IMG/VR virus record: IMGVR_UViG_3300029305_003340
Span: 338-64,337 of that record
Direction: 5' to 3' (one strand)
Length of the DNA stretch: 64,000 nucleotides
Source: a virus
The position numbers and the translations under genes are program-made. The notes below the pieces were generated by a model. It had not been told where the DNA came from and did not search any database. It was given only the letters and a program-made list of their open reading frames with translations. Below, piece by piece: positions 33,001-46,800 of this stretch (its first letter is position 1; each line of letters starts with the position of its first letter).

Positions 33001-34006
33001 CTACCTGCTCAGATGTGCTATTAGTCCCGTCATGATTATTATATTTATTTCCACTCAAGCCAGTAGGAAGAATAGAAATTTCATCTTCATGTCCTTCATA
33101 ATAAGTACGGACTGCGGGTTCAAGACCAGCTTTATTATAATAAATCGCAGCAGGATACTCAATTTCGGTATTTGTTCCAACCCCAGTTTTAGGATCATAT
33201 TCAGACCATTTGTATCTGATATTATAATCAGAAGGGTAAGATTCTTTATCAATTGAACTATCTGTTTTTATATTTATAGTTTCTTCTGTAAGCTTGCCTT
33301 CAGATACTATATTAGCTATAGTATTTATATCAGTTCCTTTAACCCTAAACCCCCATTGAGGCTGATAATGAAGTTTATAATAAACATCAGTACTGCCTGC
33401 GTCAAAATGTGGGGTAATAGGATTCATTGTAGGAGCATCCGCAGAAACTTCAAAAGTAGGAACTACAGTGTTAAGCTCTGCGATCATAATATATTTTTCA
33501 ATATTATCAATATAAGTTTTTTGCCATACTGTCGAATCATAGCCACGGCCTTCACCATAATGCTTAGTATCTATATTATAGTTTATAGTATAATTAGAAC
33601 TTGATTCTATTGCGTGTTCAAATTTCGCAGCATCAGAATCCCTTTGTCCAACAACTTCTTTCCAAATATAAAAAACACATTCAGTAGGAACTAAACCATT
33701 AGAAGGATTTTTATTTGTATCAGCAGTATAGACATAAGGGTTTTCACGTTTCTTCATATCTCCTACTGTTACAACTGTATTCGCTTCAAAGCTTGAAGAA
33801 GTATAAGCTATATCTCCATTAAAATAAACTCTTAAAAATGTATCTAACTATAAATTAGTTGCTTGGTCATATTCAACAAGAACATATCTTCCAGCATAAA
33901 TTCCATCTTTAAATTTATTAGTATCCATTTCTACTCGACTTGAGTAAATTCGATCAAACTAGAATTGAGTTCTTGATGTATTAGTTATATTACCATAAAA
34001 TCCCAT
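30029..34006 (-). CDS. 1325-aa tail fibre/structural protein with DxAGH repeats; many TAGs
   Basis: MGFYGNIT start; fragments in one frame; VDNMGHI, FDEAGHI, WDEAGHL, YDEAGHI and GNRWI-type repeats. Confidence 0.7.
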
Positions 34007-34008
34007 AA

Positions 34009-34350
34009 TTAACCTTCACCGTCCTCATAAATAATATCCACTATTAAATAAGCATTAGCATTTTTACTAATCATATTTAAAGATTGAGCATCAATTTTTA
34101 AAGAAGTGATTTCAGATAGCCCATTTAAATCCAATTCATAAATTCCAGTATATCCTATTATTATAGGATTATTAGAATTATTTAAATAAAATTTAGTGCC
34201 CGGTAAAGACTAGATACCAAGCTAAATAGCAGGAACATATTTTTGAAATGCACTTCCTGAGGCTAAGGTCGCATGTGAAACTCCATTAGGATAATTTTTA
34301 TTTGATTCATTAGAACCGTAAAAGCGAACTTGTCTAACCTATTTCGCCAT
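34009..34350 (-). CDS. small structural/tail protein, 113 aa; 3 TAGs
   Basis: MAK*VRQVRFYG...I*LGI*SLPGTKFYLN...IGYTGIYELD; AAGGAG RBS; absent from the ORF track. Confidence 0.7.
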
Positions 34351-34364
34351 TCTCCTTTTCCTCC

Positions 34365-36443
34365 TTATATTATATTCGTTACTGCTTTAGTTGCAGTAAT
34401 TGACATCATCCCATTATAAGTTAATGGAATAGTTAATTTACTAATTATATATTCACCATTAATTCCACTGTTATTATCTCTAATTTTTATTCTTGTATTA
34501 GGTTCCAAGTAATAAACTGGGATTGTTTGAATATTTACACTTTCAATACAATAAGAATATTTATATAACATTTCTTCAATAGCCTCTTTTGCAGATTTAC
34601 GTTTTGAAGATATAATAAATAAATTTTCCATATAAGGCTGAATATTTACATAAGTATATCCAGTCTAAACCTCATAATCTTTATCATTTGGAGATTTAAA
34701 TAAAACAGTTGGAATTTCTCTATAATATATAGCATTTACATCATTATCATTAACCGCTTTAGTCCGCGCCCCCACAACAGGGATAGAATATTTACTTAAA
34801 TCACCGTCTTCAGAATCTAAAAAATCAAACCAAAAGAGAAGACTTTCTGGAGCATCAGTTACAGTCTTTGACCATCCATAAGTTTTTTCTGCGGGATCTC
34901 GCCAATAATTTTCTTCTTTAAAAACTTCTAAAACATTTCTTTGATTATCTTCGTCTCTCTCAAAACGATTATAAATGTCTCTCCAAAAGCCCTCCATATC
35001 AACATAATATTGTTCATAGCCGGTATGGCCGTCTGGATACTGCGGATTCGAAGATGCTATTCTATAAAGAAAATCATCATCATGGTAATGCTTACGATAA
35101 TCTTTTGCCATTTGATAAATCAGCTCTCGCCAATCATATTCATCAGAAGTATAAGTTTTATTATCTTCAAAACGAATAGTAGTATATTCAGTAGGTTTTT
35201 TATCAATAGCATATCTCATATGAATTGGTAATTCAACATCAGAATCTATTTTTCTTTTTCCCCAAACACTAAAATCATTTCTTAAATTTAATAAATTTGG
35301 AGTGTTCTAAAAAGAAGTAATTAACTAGCTATCAGTAAAACTATATTCAGCTGAAGCTCCATTAACCTGGGCTTCTGCAAACACTTCATCAGTTTCTCCA
35401 AGCGGATTCCAAGGAACATCTACATAATTCTTTTTCTTCTGGAAAATAAATCTTCCATCAATATCATAGAAATATTCAAACTCACCAAGCATATTTTTAA
35501 TCTTATCCAATACAGAAGTTAAAGTTTCTCCTACATTGGCAATTAAATCTCCCGCATAAGTCAAATCGGTTAATCTATATCCAGGAATATTTCCATACTC
35601 AATTTTTGCTATTGTGTATTTATTTCCTTTTTCAGATAATTTTATTTCTGTAGGTGGAATAATACCATCAATTAAATCTTCTTGAATTAAATTATCATAC
35701 TTAATATTAGCTTCATCACTAACCACTGTAGAAATTCCAGAAGACTCAATTATACAGTTCTATTTTGAATTTAAAGTCATATTTACAAAAACATCAGAAT
35801 TAACCTCTCTAAATAAATAAATAGGTTTATCTCCACGATATTCAAGGACTTCAACACCAGAATCTTCTATATCATTTATTACAATATTCTAAGCAAGCTC
35901 ATTACCATAATTCTAAACTGCTTCACGGATAATTGTAATAATAGGAATATCAGTATAATGAGTATATCCATCAGTATCATAATATTCTTCCACCCCAAAA
36001 TCAACAGAATGCGGAAGGGCTCCCGCAATATCTCCATTTAATAAACACATTTTGTCTTTACCGCTAATATTAATTGTATAATTATTAGTGGACTAATTGG
36101 TACTAAAAGATGTAATTACATAAAGCCCTTGCGGGAACCATATAATATCTGGGTAATTGGAATCTATTTTATTTGTTAATCCCACTTCAAGACGAAATTT
36201 ATTTTTTAACCCCCAATAGAAGTCATTAATATTAACATCTTGTGCTACCATAGATAACTGACAAGTTCTGCGGACGGCCGACTGGCCATCTACATTAATT
36301 GAACCTGATGTAACTTTACCCTCAATGAATTCAATAGGAAGCTCTTCATGGGTTAATGCAGTAATTCGTGCAAATATTTCTCTTTCTTTCTATTGGTCTA
36401 ACTCAAAGAGAAATTCTCTATCTAATAAAGGGTTCTTCATCAT
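34365..36443 (-). CDS. tail tip/hub protein (DUF5048-like), 692 aa; TAG-containing
   Basis: GSINVDGQSAVRRTC, GETLTSVLDKI..MLGEFEYFYDIDGRFIFQ, IPVYYLEPNTRI...GEYII. Confidence 0.65.
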
Positions 36444-39208
36444 AATTTACCTTCAGCCACCCTTTCTGCCTCTTGGTCATCAATTAAAGTACAAATATAA
36501 TTATTATAAGATTCTTTAATTGAATTACGATAAATCTTCTCTTGATTGTAAAGATTATTAACTTCTTCTTCATCGTCCCAATTGATTTTATTAAGATTTT
36601 CTTCAGATAAAAGATTATTTAGCTAATTACAATAATTAAGATAAATTTCTTTTTTCTTTTCAGTATTCCAATTATCGTTATATTCAATAGAATAATCAAT
36701 TGTTCGAATCTAATAAGCAATTTCTACCATAGTCCCATTGCCCACCAATAAAGAATTTAATTTTCCTGGACGCATCATATTAAAATCAATAGTTTCGCGT
36801 AAAGAATTTTGAGCTCCATTAATATAAATTGATGGATCATAATTAGAAACTTCAATTCGCTTATCATTAAACGAATCCATATAATAATCTATACGGTATC
36901 TTTGATTTTTATATCCTGGCCTAAAATAATCATTTGGTTCTAAGTTTTCATCCCAAGAATCTTCATTATCGGTATTAATCCATTCCCCAATAGCATATAA
37001 AGTAAATGGATCAACATCTAATTCCTAAGTTTCTTCTAAATTATAATATTTTCCATTTTTATATTTAGCTTTTTCAATTGAGCGTTTGCGGGCATTAATA
37101 GTATAAAATTCTAATATATCAACTTTTGGGTTATCTTTGTATAAACCAGTGTTCCAATATGGGATCTATTCTAATTCTCTAATTATATCAGTTTCGCCAA
37201 TAAACTAACGACCTGGCACTTCTGAAACAATTACATTATTAATCTTATCAAATTGATTTTGAGCAATACTATAAAAACTATAAGTCATAGAGGCATTTGG
37301 CCGAAGAGGCTAAACGGTATCTATATACCATAAATACTGACCATTTTCTAATGTTTCATAAAAAATACTATTGTCTTGCGGAGGAGCGCTCATCACTTTA
37401 GTAATAGTATTTATTTTAAATAATTCTGCTGGAACTTTTAAAGCTTTAATTTCAACGCCTAAATCAATATAATAACTTCCAGTTACTCCAATTTTAATTT
37501 CAATCATATCTTTTTCATAATCGGTTGGCCAAATTTGAATCATATCTCCAGGATAAAAATCATTCAAACGAACTGTTGTAATTGGATGAGTGTTTATCTA
37601 AACATAAGAATCACTATCTATTTTCTTTATTTTAGTTATGTTTTTAAATTCAACTGTTTCAAATCTTAATGTTGCTACTTCTGGGTCTTTAAGATGAATA
37701 AAATTATACTTATTTAAATTTTCATAAGTATAATCGGCGATTTCATAAGCAGTACAGTTAAAAGTATGCAACATTCTTCCTAAAGTGTCATTAGGAGACA
37801 AAGAAGAATTCATTAATCGGACTATATAATTGCCTTCACTTGGAGATCTAAACACTTTAGGCTCTCCATTTGTTAGCCATTCAAGCACCTTCATTTTGAA
37901 AGTACGTTCGGCTGCAATATTTGATCCAATTAAATTTGTCGTTTTTTCTTCAATCATGAACTCTTCTTCGTTCATAAATAAATGTTCTTCATCCATTAAA
38001 TAAGAAATTAGCCCTGAAATTGGAAACTCCTTATAATTTACTTGGCCATTCCTAAAAATAAAAGGATGTTTTGCTCCAATCGTATTTACTTTAGTTTCAA
38101 GTAAATTACTTTTAAATGAAGTCATTTTTGGATTATATTTTATTTTAAGCTATCTTTCTCCATCAAATAAAAAAGCATGTTCGAAATCCACATAGACCTC
38201 ATTAGATAAAATTTTATTTGAATAAAGTCCTCTATCATTATATTGCTATAAAGCATAAACATAAGTTTTACCCTATTCTGCGGTAAAATCTCTCCAAAGC
38301 TACCTTGAAGGAACTTGAGCAGCAAGTTTAAAACGAGAAATTTCTTCCCAAACCGAATACTCTGTATCTACACAAGCACGAGTAAGTAAAAAAGCTCCAG
38401 TCGCAGGAGTTTCCATTCCCCACTCGTCCTTATCACCTTTTAAATTTACATTTACATATCCATTTTCAAAATCTAAAGAGGCTGATAAAGTCGCTTTAAT
38501 TTCTGGCTCAATGGATATTTTTTGCATAATACGATACCGAGGAGAAGAGATTGTAAGTCCATTATTTGTATTAACAGTATATTTTATATAATATGATTTA
38601 TCTATTTCTAAATCTTGTGCTAAAATAAATTTATCATAAGATTGATTAATTTCAACATCATTTGAACTATTATGGAGTTGCTCTCCACTAGTTGCAATTA
38701 AATTATTATATGAGTCATAAGCATCAAACTGGTAAGAATAAACTCTTTCAGTTATATCCCCATTCTCTTGACTATATGTTCCCATATATTCATAATTATG
38801 CATATTAATTATACCGTGTTCTAAACCTTGAATTGCTACTTCTGGTTTAGTGGTATATTTAGCGACTCCAACAGTAGAATAATAGCCTATGATTCCATCA
38901 ATGTCTATATAAGCTAATTGAAATTTATAAAACTGTCCTTTTTTTAATTTATCTATATCTTCTGGAGATACTTCAAATTCGGCATAGCAAGAATCTTCCA
39001 TGTTAAATTTATTAGTATCTTCTTGTTTATAAGTGAATAAATAAGTAGTGCTTTGAACAGTTTTTGCTTTTAAAGCAAAACCTTTTACCTGAACTGCACC
39101 GACTGCTCGATTCATTGAAAACGGGACAATTATTTTAATTGTCCCGTTTTCTTCAGGATAAAAAGCTGGAATAGCTCCCTCTATTAAAGGGGGAAATAAT
39201 TTTTCCAT
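36440..39208 (-). CDS. 922-aa tail/baseplate protein (distal-tail-like); TAG-containing
   Basis: Fragments in one frame; TIGAKHPFIFRNG..YKEFPISG, WLTNGEPKVFRSPSEGNYIVRL. Confidence 0.6.
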
Positions 39209-39223
39209 TTGCTTTCACTCCTT

Positions 39224-39370
39224 TTATTCTTCAGTTTTTTCAACCTCATTATTTTGATTTTCTAAAATATATTGGCGAAGGGCGCGAAGACAGTCTGCCA
39301 TCGTAAGGGTGTCTTCACCTTTAGTTGAAATTGTAGTTAATGTATTATATATTTTTATTAATTGATTCAT
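39224..39370 (-). CDS. small hypothetical protein, 48 aa
   Basis: MNQLIKIYNTLTTISTKGEDTLTMADCLRAL; fills the intergenic gap, GAAAGGA upstream. Confidence 0.55.
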   Translation of the reverse strand: MNQLIKIYNTLTTISTKGEDTLTMADCLRALRQYILENQNNEVEKTEE

Positions 39371-39397
39371 ATTATTTAAAATTTTCCTTTCTCTTTA

Positions 39398-42300
39398 TTA
39401 GCTTTCTGAAGCCGGAGCTAAAACTTTATAATAAGCACCGCCTCCAGTTACATTGAAAACGACACCCGTAGGTAATGTAGCAAAACACTGTACTCGCTCC
39501 CCCTAAATTATAGCTGTAAAAGGTTTATATTCCTAACGTATGACAGCATATCCTGAATAGGTAGGCATATTTGTTATTTGATATCCAGCAAGACCATTGG
39601 CTATCCCTGCAAATCCAGCACTACCAACTCTTAAACCTGGAGCACTACCTCCACCGCTTGAATTAACAACAAAGTTATCTGCAATATTAATAACATAATT
39701 ACCAGAATTTGGTCTATTTCCTAAATATTTTATAGAATCACAAGTCAATTCTCCATCCCAGCTTACTTTAAAGTTAGGACCAATTTGGAATGGATAAGTA
39801 TTTGCGCCACTATCTAAAAGTATAAATTTAGATTCATCGCCTTTTGATTTCATTCCTTTTAAATAAAGATCATATCCGTGAATAATCCCTGAATTTAAAT
39901 CTATTTTTAACCCTTGTTTTTGTGACAAAATTGTAGAAGGATACATTGTAGATTTAATTTTCGCAATCATTTGTGCATCAGTATAAGTTTTTTCTTCTGT
40001 TTTTCCTGTTGAGTTACCATCACTATCGTATTCTGGCACAGTATATTTTTTTTCATCTTCTGAGAATGTAGTTTTTATTGAAACTGTGGTATTATCAATA
40101 TTACTTATTTCTCCATCGCTTTCTTGTTTAGGGGAGTCCGGCATTTTGAAATCATACAACTAATTGTCAAATAAAGCATATAAAGTCTTATTGGAACCTT
40201 TTTTATATTCATATATATAATATTTATTATTATCTTTTATAAAATATTTCTATATGGGCTTTCCTAAATAATTTGCAGACTATAAAAAATAATTGTTAGT
40301 TCCCATATACATAATATTTCTATTTTCAATTTCATTTCCATTCCGTATCGGGATCGTTACCTAAAGAAAAGGATCATTTGGCTAAATAGTAATAGACCCT
40401 GTAGTATTAAAAGAGTTAATACTACCATTATTTAAATTAATTTTCATTCCTTTATCGTCAAACCCATAATTATCAGATTGTAAAAAGTAATCATCAGTTC
40501 CTATATTAATTAAAGATTTTCCTTCTGCGCTCTTTATCTAAAAATAAGGTTTTTTTTCATTATTTGGTTCTAATCGAATATTAGCCTATGAAATTGTTAA
40601 ATCTTGTTCATAATACTAAATTGATTCTTTGTATTCTGTCGGGATTGAATATGTTCCATCATCATTTTTAACATAATAATTATTATAATTATTTTCATTA
40701 ACATTTTTATTAGAAACTTTTTTATGATATGTATCTTTATTCCTAATATCCAATACACCATCGTCAAGGTCAATTAATAAACCAGTATTTCCTTTTAAAT
40801 AATTAGCACTAGTAATCTAACTTGTTAATTTATCGTCTTGTATTGTATTGATCAAAATTTGTCCTCTATTGGCTTCGCCAAATGTGGCAGTTCCATCTTC
40901 TTTCAAAGCATATGAAATGACACCTTTATGGAGTCCATAAACTCCAGTCATTTCATCAGCACCTTCTTGTTCAGTGCCATCTCTTACATCGCCAATTAAT
41001 ACGCCAGAAAATGTATTATCATCATTTTTACGACCCGCGCCCAACATCGTTGATAATATTGTACCTTTTTCTTTGTTAATTGTCAAGTCGCCATTCCACT
41101 CATTCAACATTGAAAAATCATATTGATTTTGTATAATTAAAACAGGTTGACTCCAAAGAATTTCTCCATTTTTTTCGCAATAAACACAAACCTAATCATT
41201 ATATCCTTTTAAATAAAATGTACTAGCTGATAAGCCATATCCATTTTCAGTGGGCTTTAAAGATGGTAAATAAGATTTTACATCAACACTTGCAGAATCG
41301 CTCAAACCACTTTTAATTCCCCAAGTTAATCCTATTTCTTTTTCAGCATTATCTTTATATAAGTTGTACACTCCATTATAATAAGATGGTTTTCCCTAAT
41401 GGTCATAAATAACCTCTTTGGCTCCACTAATATAATTATATTCATTTTTTGTCTTTATGGGAATTGGTAAATAAGATATTAAATCATAACCATAGTCTCC
41501 ATAACCACTTAATGTAGCTTTAAGAATATTATAATTATTATTAATATTCTTTTCAATATCGCCTTTTAAAGAGATTTTTCTTTTTGAAACATCTCCATCA
41601 TCAGACTCATTAATAATCATTTGGTTAGAAACTCTCTCTGCTCCAGAAGTATCATCTCCAGAGGTTTTCCAACTCCATTTTATTTGTAATTTAGAATTTT
41701 CCTCTTTTAATAATTGATCTAAATTTAAATCAACTCCAGCAGCATCGTATAAATGGGCGGATACCTAAACCTCAGCATCATTAAGCTAACCAAAAGCAAT
41801 AGGAATACCAATTTCATCATTTTCATTAATTCGTACATGTACATATTCATCATCAGCAACATCAACTGTATTGCCGCCAACTTGAAGCCCATAAGAAATA
41901 TTCTATCCTAAAAAATCTTCAAGGCTCAAACTATTTCTGCCATAATCAAAGTTCAATAAAAAAGTTACATTAGAACCATTTGTTCCAGCTTTTCCAAATT
42001 TAACATCTGTATAAGTTTCATAAACTACATTATTAATTTTAACATAACAAGCTATTGTATTATTAGCATATGATGGAGACCACTAATCATAAATATAATA
42101 AGTCTAACGAGGATTAACCTCTTCATCTCTAGCTATCTCATAATAACTTTTATATTTATAATCATATATAGGTCTAACATCTTCGCCATCAACTATTGTA
42201 GTTTTAGAATTAACATAATAACTCGAATCAAGTTTTATCATCGAATTGCGGTAAGGAATATACCAAACAATTTCTTGCACTCCCATTCCCGCAGTTAACT

Positions 42301-43702
42301 CAGCTCCTTTAAAAAGAACCTTCATTGTTCTCTTTTTCCCAGAGCCCTAGCTGCTATCAGTTAATTTACCATTCTAATTATAAATAAAATAGTTTCCATC
42401 ACTTTCATCTTCAAAAAGGATAGATAAGGCCTATGTTCTATCAACAGTCGGCTAATTAGCGACTTCATACTCATTTTCAAAAATTAAAAGATCACTATAA
42501 TAAACATTTTGAACAACACCATCATCGCTATAAACATATCCAATTGCCTTAATTTCTTCAGTCGCTTTAGTTATATCTGGATCAAAACTAATTGAAATCT
42601 AATTATCTTTTTCCATACTAGTCCAATAGACACCAGAATAACTGTCGGCGGATGGGGCCCCGATCTTGTAACGATACCATTTTATTTTTAAATTAGAATT
42701 TAAATCTTTATCCGTAACTAGTTTAAATGTTCCATCTTCTTTTTTATGAATCCATCTTAAACTAATATTTTTAATTTGCTCAGTTGCTAATGTATTATCA
42801 TAAGTCAAAGGATCTTTGGTATATAAAACTAAAGCATCTTCAGTGAATGCATTTTGATCGTACCCAAGATAAAATTTTATATTATCAACAAATAAATTAT
42901 ATGGTAATTTAACATTCTCTAAACCTGGGATGTCAGATTCTTCCATATATGGAACTAAATTTCCATTACCATCTAAAAAGTTCTAATTCTAATAAAACCA
43001 AACTTCAACTTTTTCAATATTGTTAATATTAGAAATATCAAAAACTTTTTCTTGATTAAAGTATGTTTCAAAATTGTATGGATTACCATACATATCATCA
43101 TTACTTAAAGTTAATTCATAAATTCGAGTAGAATTTTCATTCTAATTTGTAATATTGGTTTCTTTTGTGGTAAGATAAATCTTTAAACCATATTGACCAG
43201 ACAAAACCTCATATCCAGAAAACCAAGACTGGAAATCCGCGGAAATGCCTAATCTTGTAAAACCAATAAAATTATCATTGCCCTCGATAGTTAATAGCTT
43301 CTTGGCCTATTCGCCTTCATCCGGATCATTCGCACGAAGCTAATTGCCATTTTCTTCCATTTCACTGGTAATATCACTTTCAACCGCAATCATGGTTTCA
43401 AGCGGAGCAGTATAAATAAAAGGTTGAGTATTTGTAGCAGTTTGTTTTCCTATAATAGTTTTCTACATATTAAAATCCCCATTAGGGATATTTACTAAAA
43501 CACTATTACCTTCTCTTAAATTATTGTCACTTGAATAAGCATCAAATTTAGTAGCTCCATCAGTAACAATATATTTGCCATTATTCTTTTCACGATCATC
43601 AACAATAGTGCATAATTTAGTTATATCATAAGATAATCCTTCTAATCGAGAAGTCACAATCTAATCAATTGCTACGCATATATTTTCAGCATAATTACTC
43701 AT
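39398..43702 (-). CDS. 1434-aa tail tip/baseplate structural protein; many TAGs
   Basis: ATG 43702 after GAAAGGAGG; six ORF fragments in the same frame; immediately follows the tape measure. Confidence 0.65.
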
Positions 43703-43742
43703 TAAGGGCCTCCTTTCTCTCACAATTTTATCTATATATTTA

Positions 43743-43778
43743 TAAAATTTTTCTGTCTCAAATTAATCTATATCGACC
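43743..43778 (-). promoter_or_regulatory. copy of recurrent GGNCRA motif
   Basis: GGTCGA-tatagat-TAAT, TTTTA ending at +30; directly after a terminator. Confidence 0.55.
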
Positions 43779-43784
43779 AAATAG

Positions 43785-43814
43785 AAAAACGGGAGCCGTA
43801 TTAAACGACTCCCT
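43785..43814 (-). terminator. intrinsic terminator after the tape measure gene
   Basis: GGGAGTCGT-loop-ACGGCTCCC-GTTTTT on the - strand. Confidence 0.7.
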
Positions 43815-43821
43815 ATTTTTA

Positions 43822-46800
43822 TTATTTTCTATTCGCATATTGTGAAGATGTATTAATAAGATTATTAAGAGCTTCTTCAACTTCATAATGGTCAGTAACA
43901 TTGGGGAATTCCGCAGTAATATGAACCTACTACTCAAAAACAGTTTCAGTTGTCTCTTTTATACTTCCCGCAGTTAAAGATCCAAAAGCAATGCTAGCCT
44001 ATTGGGCATTTATGTCAATAGTATTTAACATTTCACGAGTTAATTTAATTGCCTATAATACATTTTGTGTATCTTCTGGCTTCAGAATTAATTCTTTCTC
44101 GTGGGCTAATAAGAATTTTCCTTCAGGTCCCCAAGTCCCAGTATATCCACCAGTATCCGCAGAAGCTACATCTTTTTCTTCACTTTCAGTAACAATATCT
44201 TCCAAATCACTTTCAGCTACCTTGTTACCAGAAGTTGAACTTAAAGCATTTACCATTAAATTATATGCCTAAACGATATTTAAATAATCTTTAATAACTG
44301 CGTCAGCTGCATCTCCAACTTGACTTTGCCATCTTTCAACAGCACTAGAAATAGTATCAAAACCAGCAACCATTTGATTTGACATATTATTAACAGCCTC
44401 GGTAGCTGCAGTTGAGCTATCTACGATTCCACCTTCACCATGAACTGCGGTATCCATATCTTCGGCAAAATCTTCACTTGAAGTGCCGGCCGCATTCATC
44501 GCATCATCAGTATTCTAAGACCACTATAGATAAGCATCTAAAAGCTCACCAATTAATCCGCTATCGCTTGTGCCAAGAGCTTCATTAACTCTTTCTTGGA
44601 AATCAACAAGATCACTTTCACTGCCAAATAAAGTTCCAAGAACTGTATCCTTATAAGACATGGCAAACTTTTCATCATCGCTAATCTTATATCCAGTAGC
44701 TGCAGAATAATTCTACCAATCTTGCTCATAAAGAGCTTTATTATTATCTAAAGCTTTTTGCATCTCACCCTGCATATATCCCATGCGGTTAAGATAATAC
44801 TATTGAATTTCATCAAGCTTTTTATAATACTCTTCAATAGATGCATAATCTTCTACGCGTACTGCTGCAAGAGCTTCTTCCATTTCCTAAGAAGTAGAAA
44901 TTAATTGTTCGCTCATTTCATCTATATATTCAGAACTTAATTCCTGCATAGCATAAAGAGCATCTTCATATTTCTAAGCAGCATCATCAGCCGCATCAGT
45001 ATTAGTGGTATAAGCGTAAGACCAATTACCTTCATTGTCTCTGGTAAGACGAACGGTGTCTTTGGCCTTCTAAGCTTCCTCAAGAGCAATTTCCGCCATT
45101 CGTAAATCATATGTCTTTTGGAGATATTCTAAATCATATTCACTTAACTAAGTTCCTTCCTCTTGGAGCTTATTAATATCATCCATCAAGCCTTTTAATT
45201 TCTGTTTGCCCGCAATAGATTTAGTATCATCCATTGAATTAGCAATATCTCTATTTAATTTACTTAATTCATAAATTTGTTGATAATCATCTAAATATTG
45301 TTCTGCAACTTCCTATTGTTTTTCATAAGCATCAGAAAACTCCTCTAAAGTACCAAAAGGCAATAAAGCTTTTTCAAAGTTTTCAATCGCAGATTCTACT
45401 GCCGCCTCAAAAGCATCAGCCGCAGCTTGGAGAGCATCCTCCCAAACCTACATCATTTCTTCTTCGGCAGATTCAACTTCGTCTCCAATAGTCTCAAGAG
45501 TTTCTTTCCAATACTGGATATCGTTTTCATTGCCGCGAGCTACCGCATCTTCGTATGCCTAGCGGGCACGAATTTCTGTATCAGTGAGTGCGTCTAAAGC
45601 ATCTTTAGTTGCTTTTACTCGATTAATATTATTTTCAACCATAGCTTGATCTAAATCGCCGAGGGCCTTATTATCAATCTTGAGATATTCTTTACCAACA
45701 ATTTCAATCATATTCTTATAATTTTCCATTATGGAATTATAATGATCGAATTTCTCAATACCTTCATCAAGTTCTTCATTCCATTCATCAAAAGCATCTA
45801 AAAGCCTTTCTTGAACTTCTTCACGAACTTCTTGAAGTTCCTCTGATAAATCAAGTAAATTATCTCTATATTCTCTGATAGCTTCAATTTGAGCTTCAGT
45901 AAATGTATGATCATTTAAAACAGAAAGGTCTCCTGCAAGTAATTGTTCAATTTCATTAACACTCATATCACTTGTTGCGAGAATGTCTCGAAGGCCCTAT
46001 TCATTAGCCTACATCTTATCATAAAGATTTTCAGCTTGTTTAGTTTGGTATTCAATGGCTTCTGCAGCCTTAAAAGCATTATCTTCAAGCATATTAAGCT
46101 AAAATTCAATTAACTATAAGCTATCATCAGATACATTAAGTTTTAATTCAACTTCATATTGGACTTCTTCTAAAAGTAAATCTAAACGCTGATTAATTAA
46201 ATCCTATAAAGCCTACTCTTCTTCTCTAGCTAAATCATAACTCTCTTCATATTGTTCAATATATTTTTCTAACTATTCATATTGCTTTTCAAATACCTAC
46301 CACTCTTCACTGTCACTAGAATATTTTTCAGCTGCCGCATTATAAATATCATACATAGCATCTTGTAATTCATCATAATTTAAAATATTACCTTTTTCAT
46401 CAAATTCTATTGCGGGCATCGTGATCTTATCATCTAGCTCTTTATTTAATTCCTCAACAAGATCTTCAAAATATGAAACTTCGTCTCCTTCAGAATCAAT
46501 ACCATTCCAAAAATCAATCATAACTGCTTTGTCAATACCAACATACTCATTAATTGCATCGACATATTCTTTTTGCTTTTCGATTAATTCATCTGTCTTA
46601 GCAATTTCTTTATCCATATTGGCGAGTTTATCAGCGCCAAAAGCTCTATCAGAAGCTTCCGCTATTTTTTCATACTCGGATTTTAGATCTTCTAATTGAT
46701 TTGTGATAGTGTGATAACGCTCTTTGTCGGAATCATTTTTCTTTTCAGGCTTTTTAGCTTTTCCGCCTCCGCCTCCGCCGCCTTTATTATTAGAACCTCC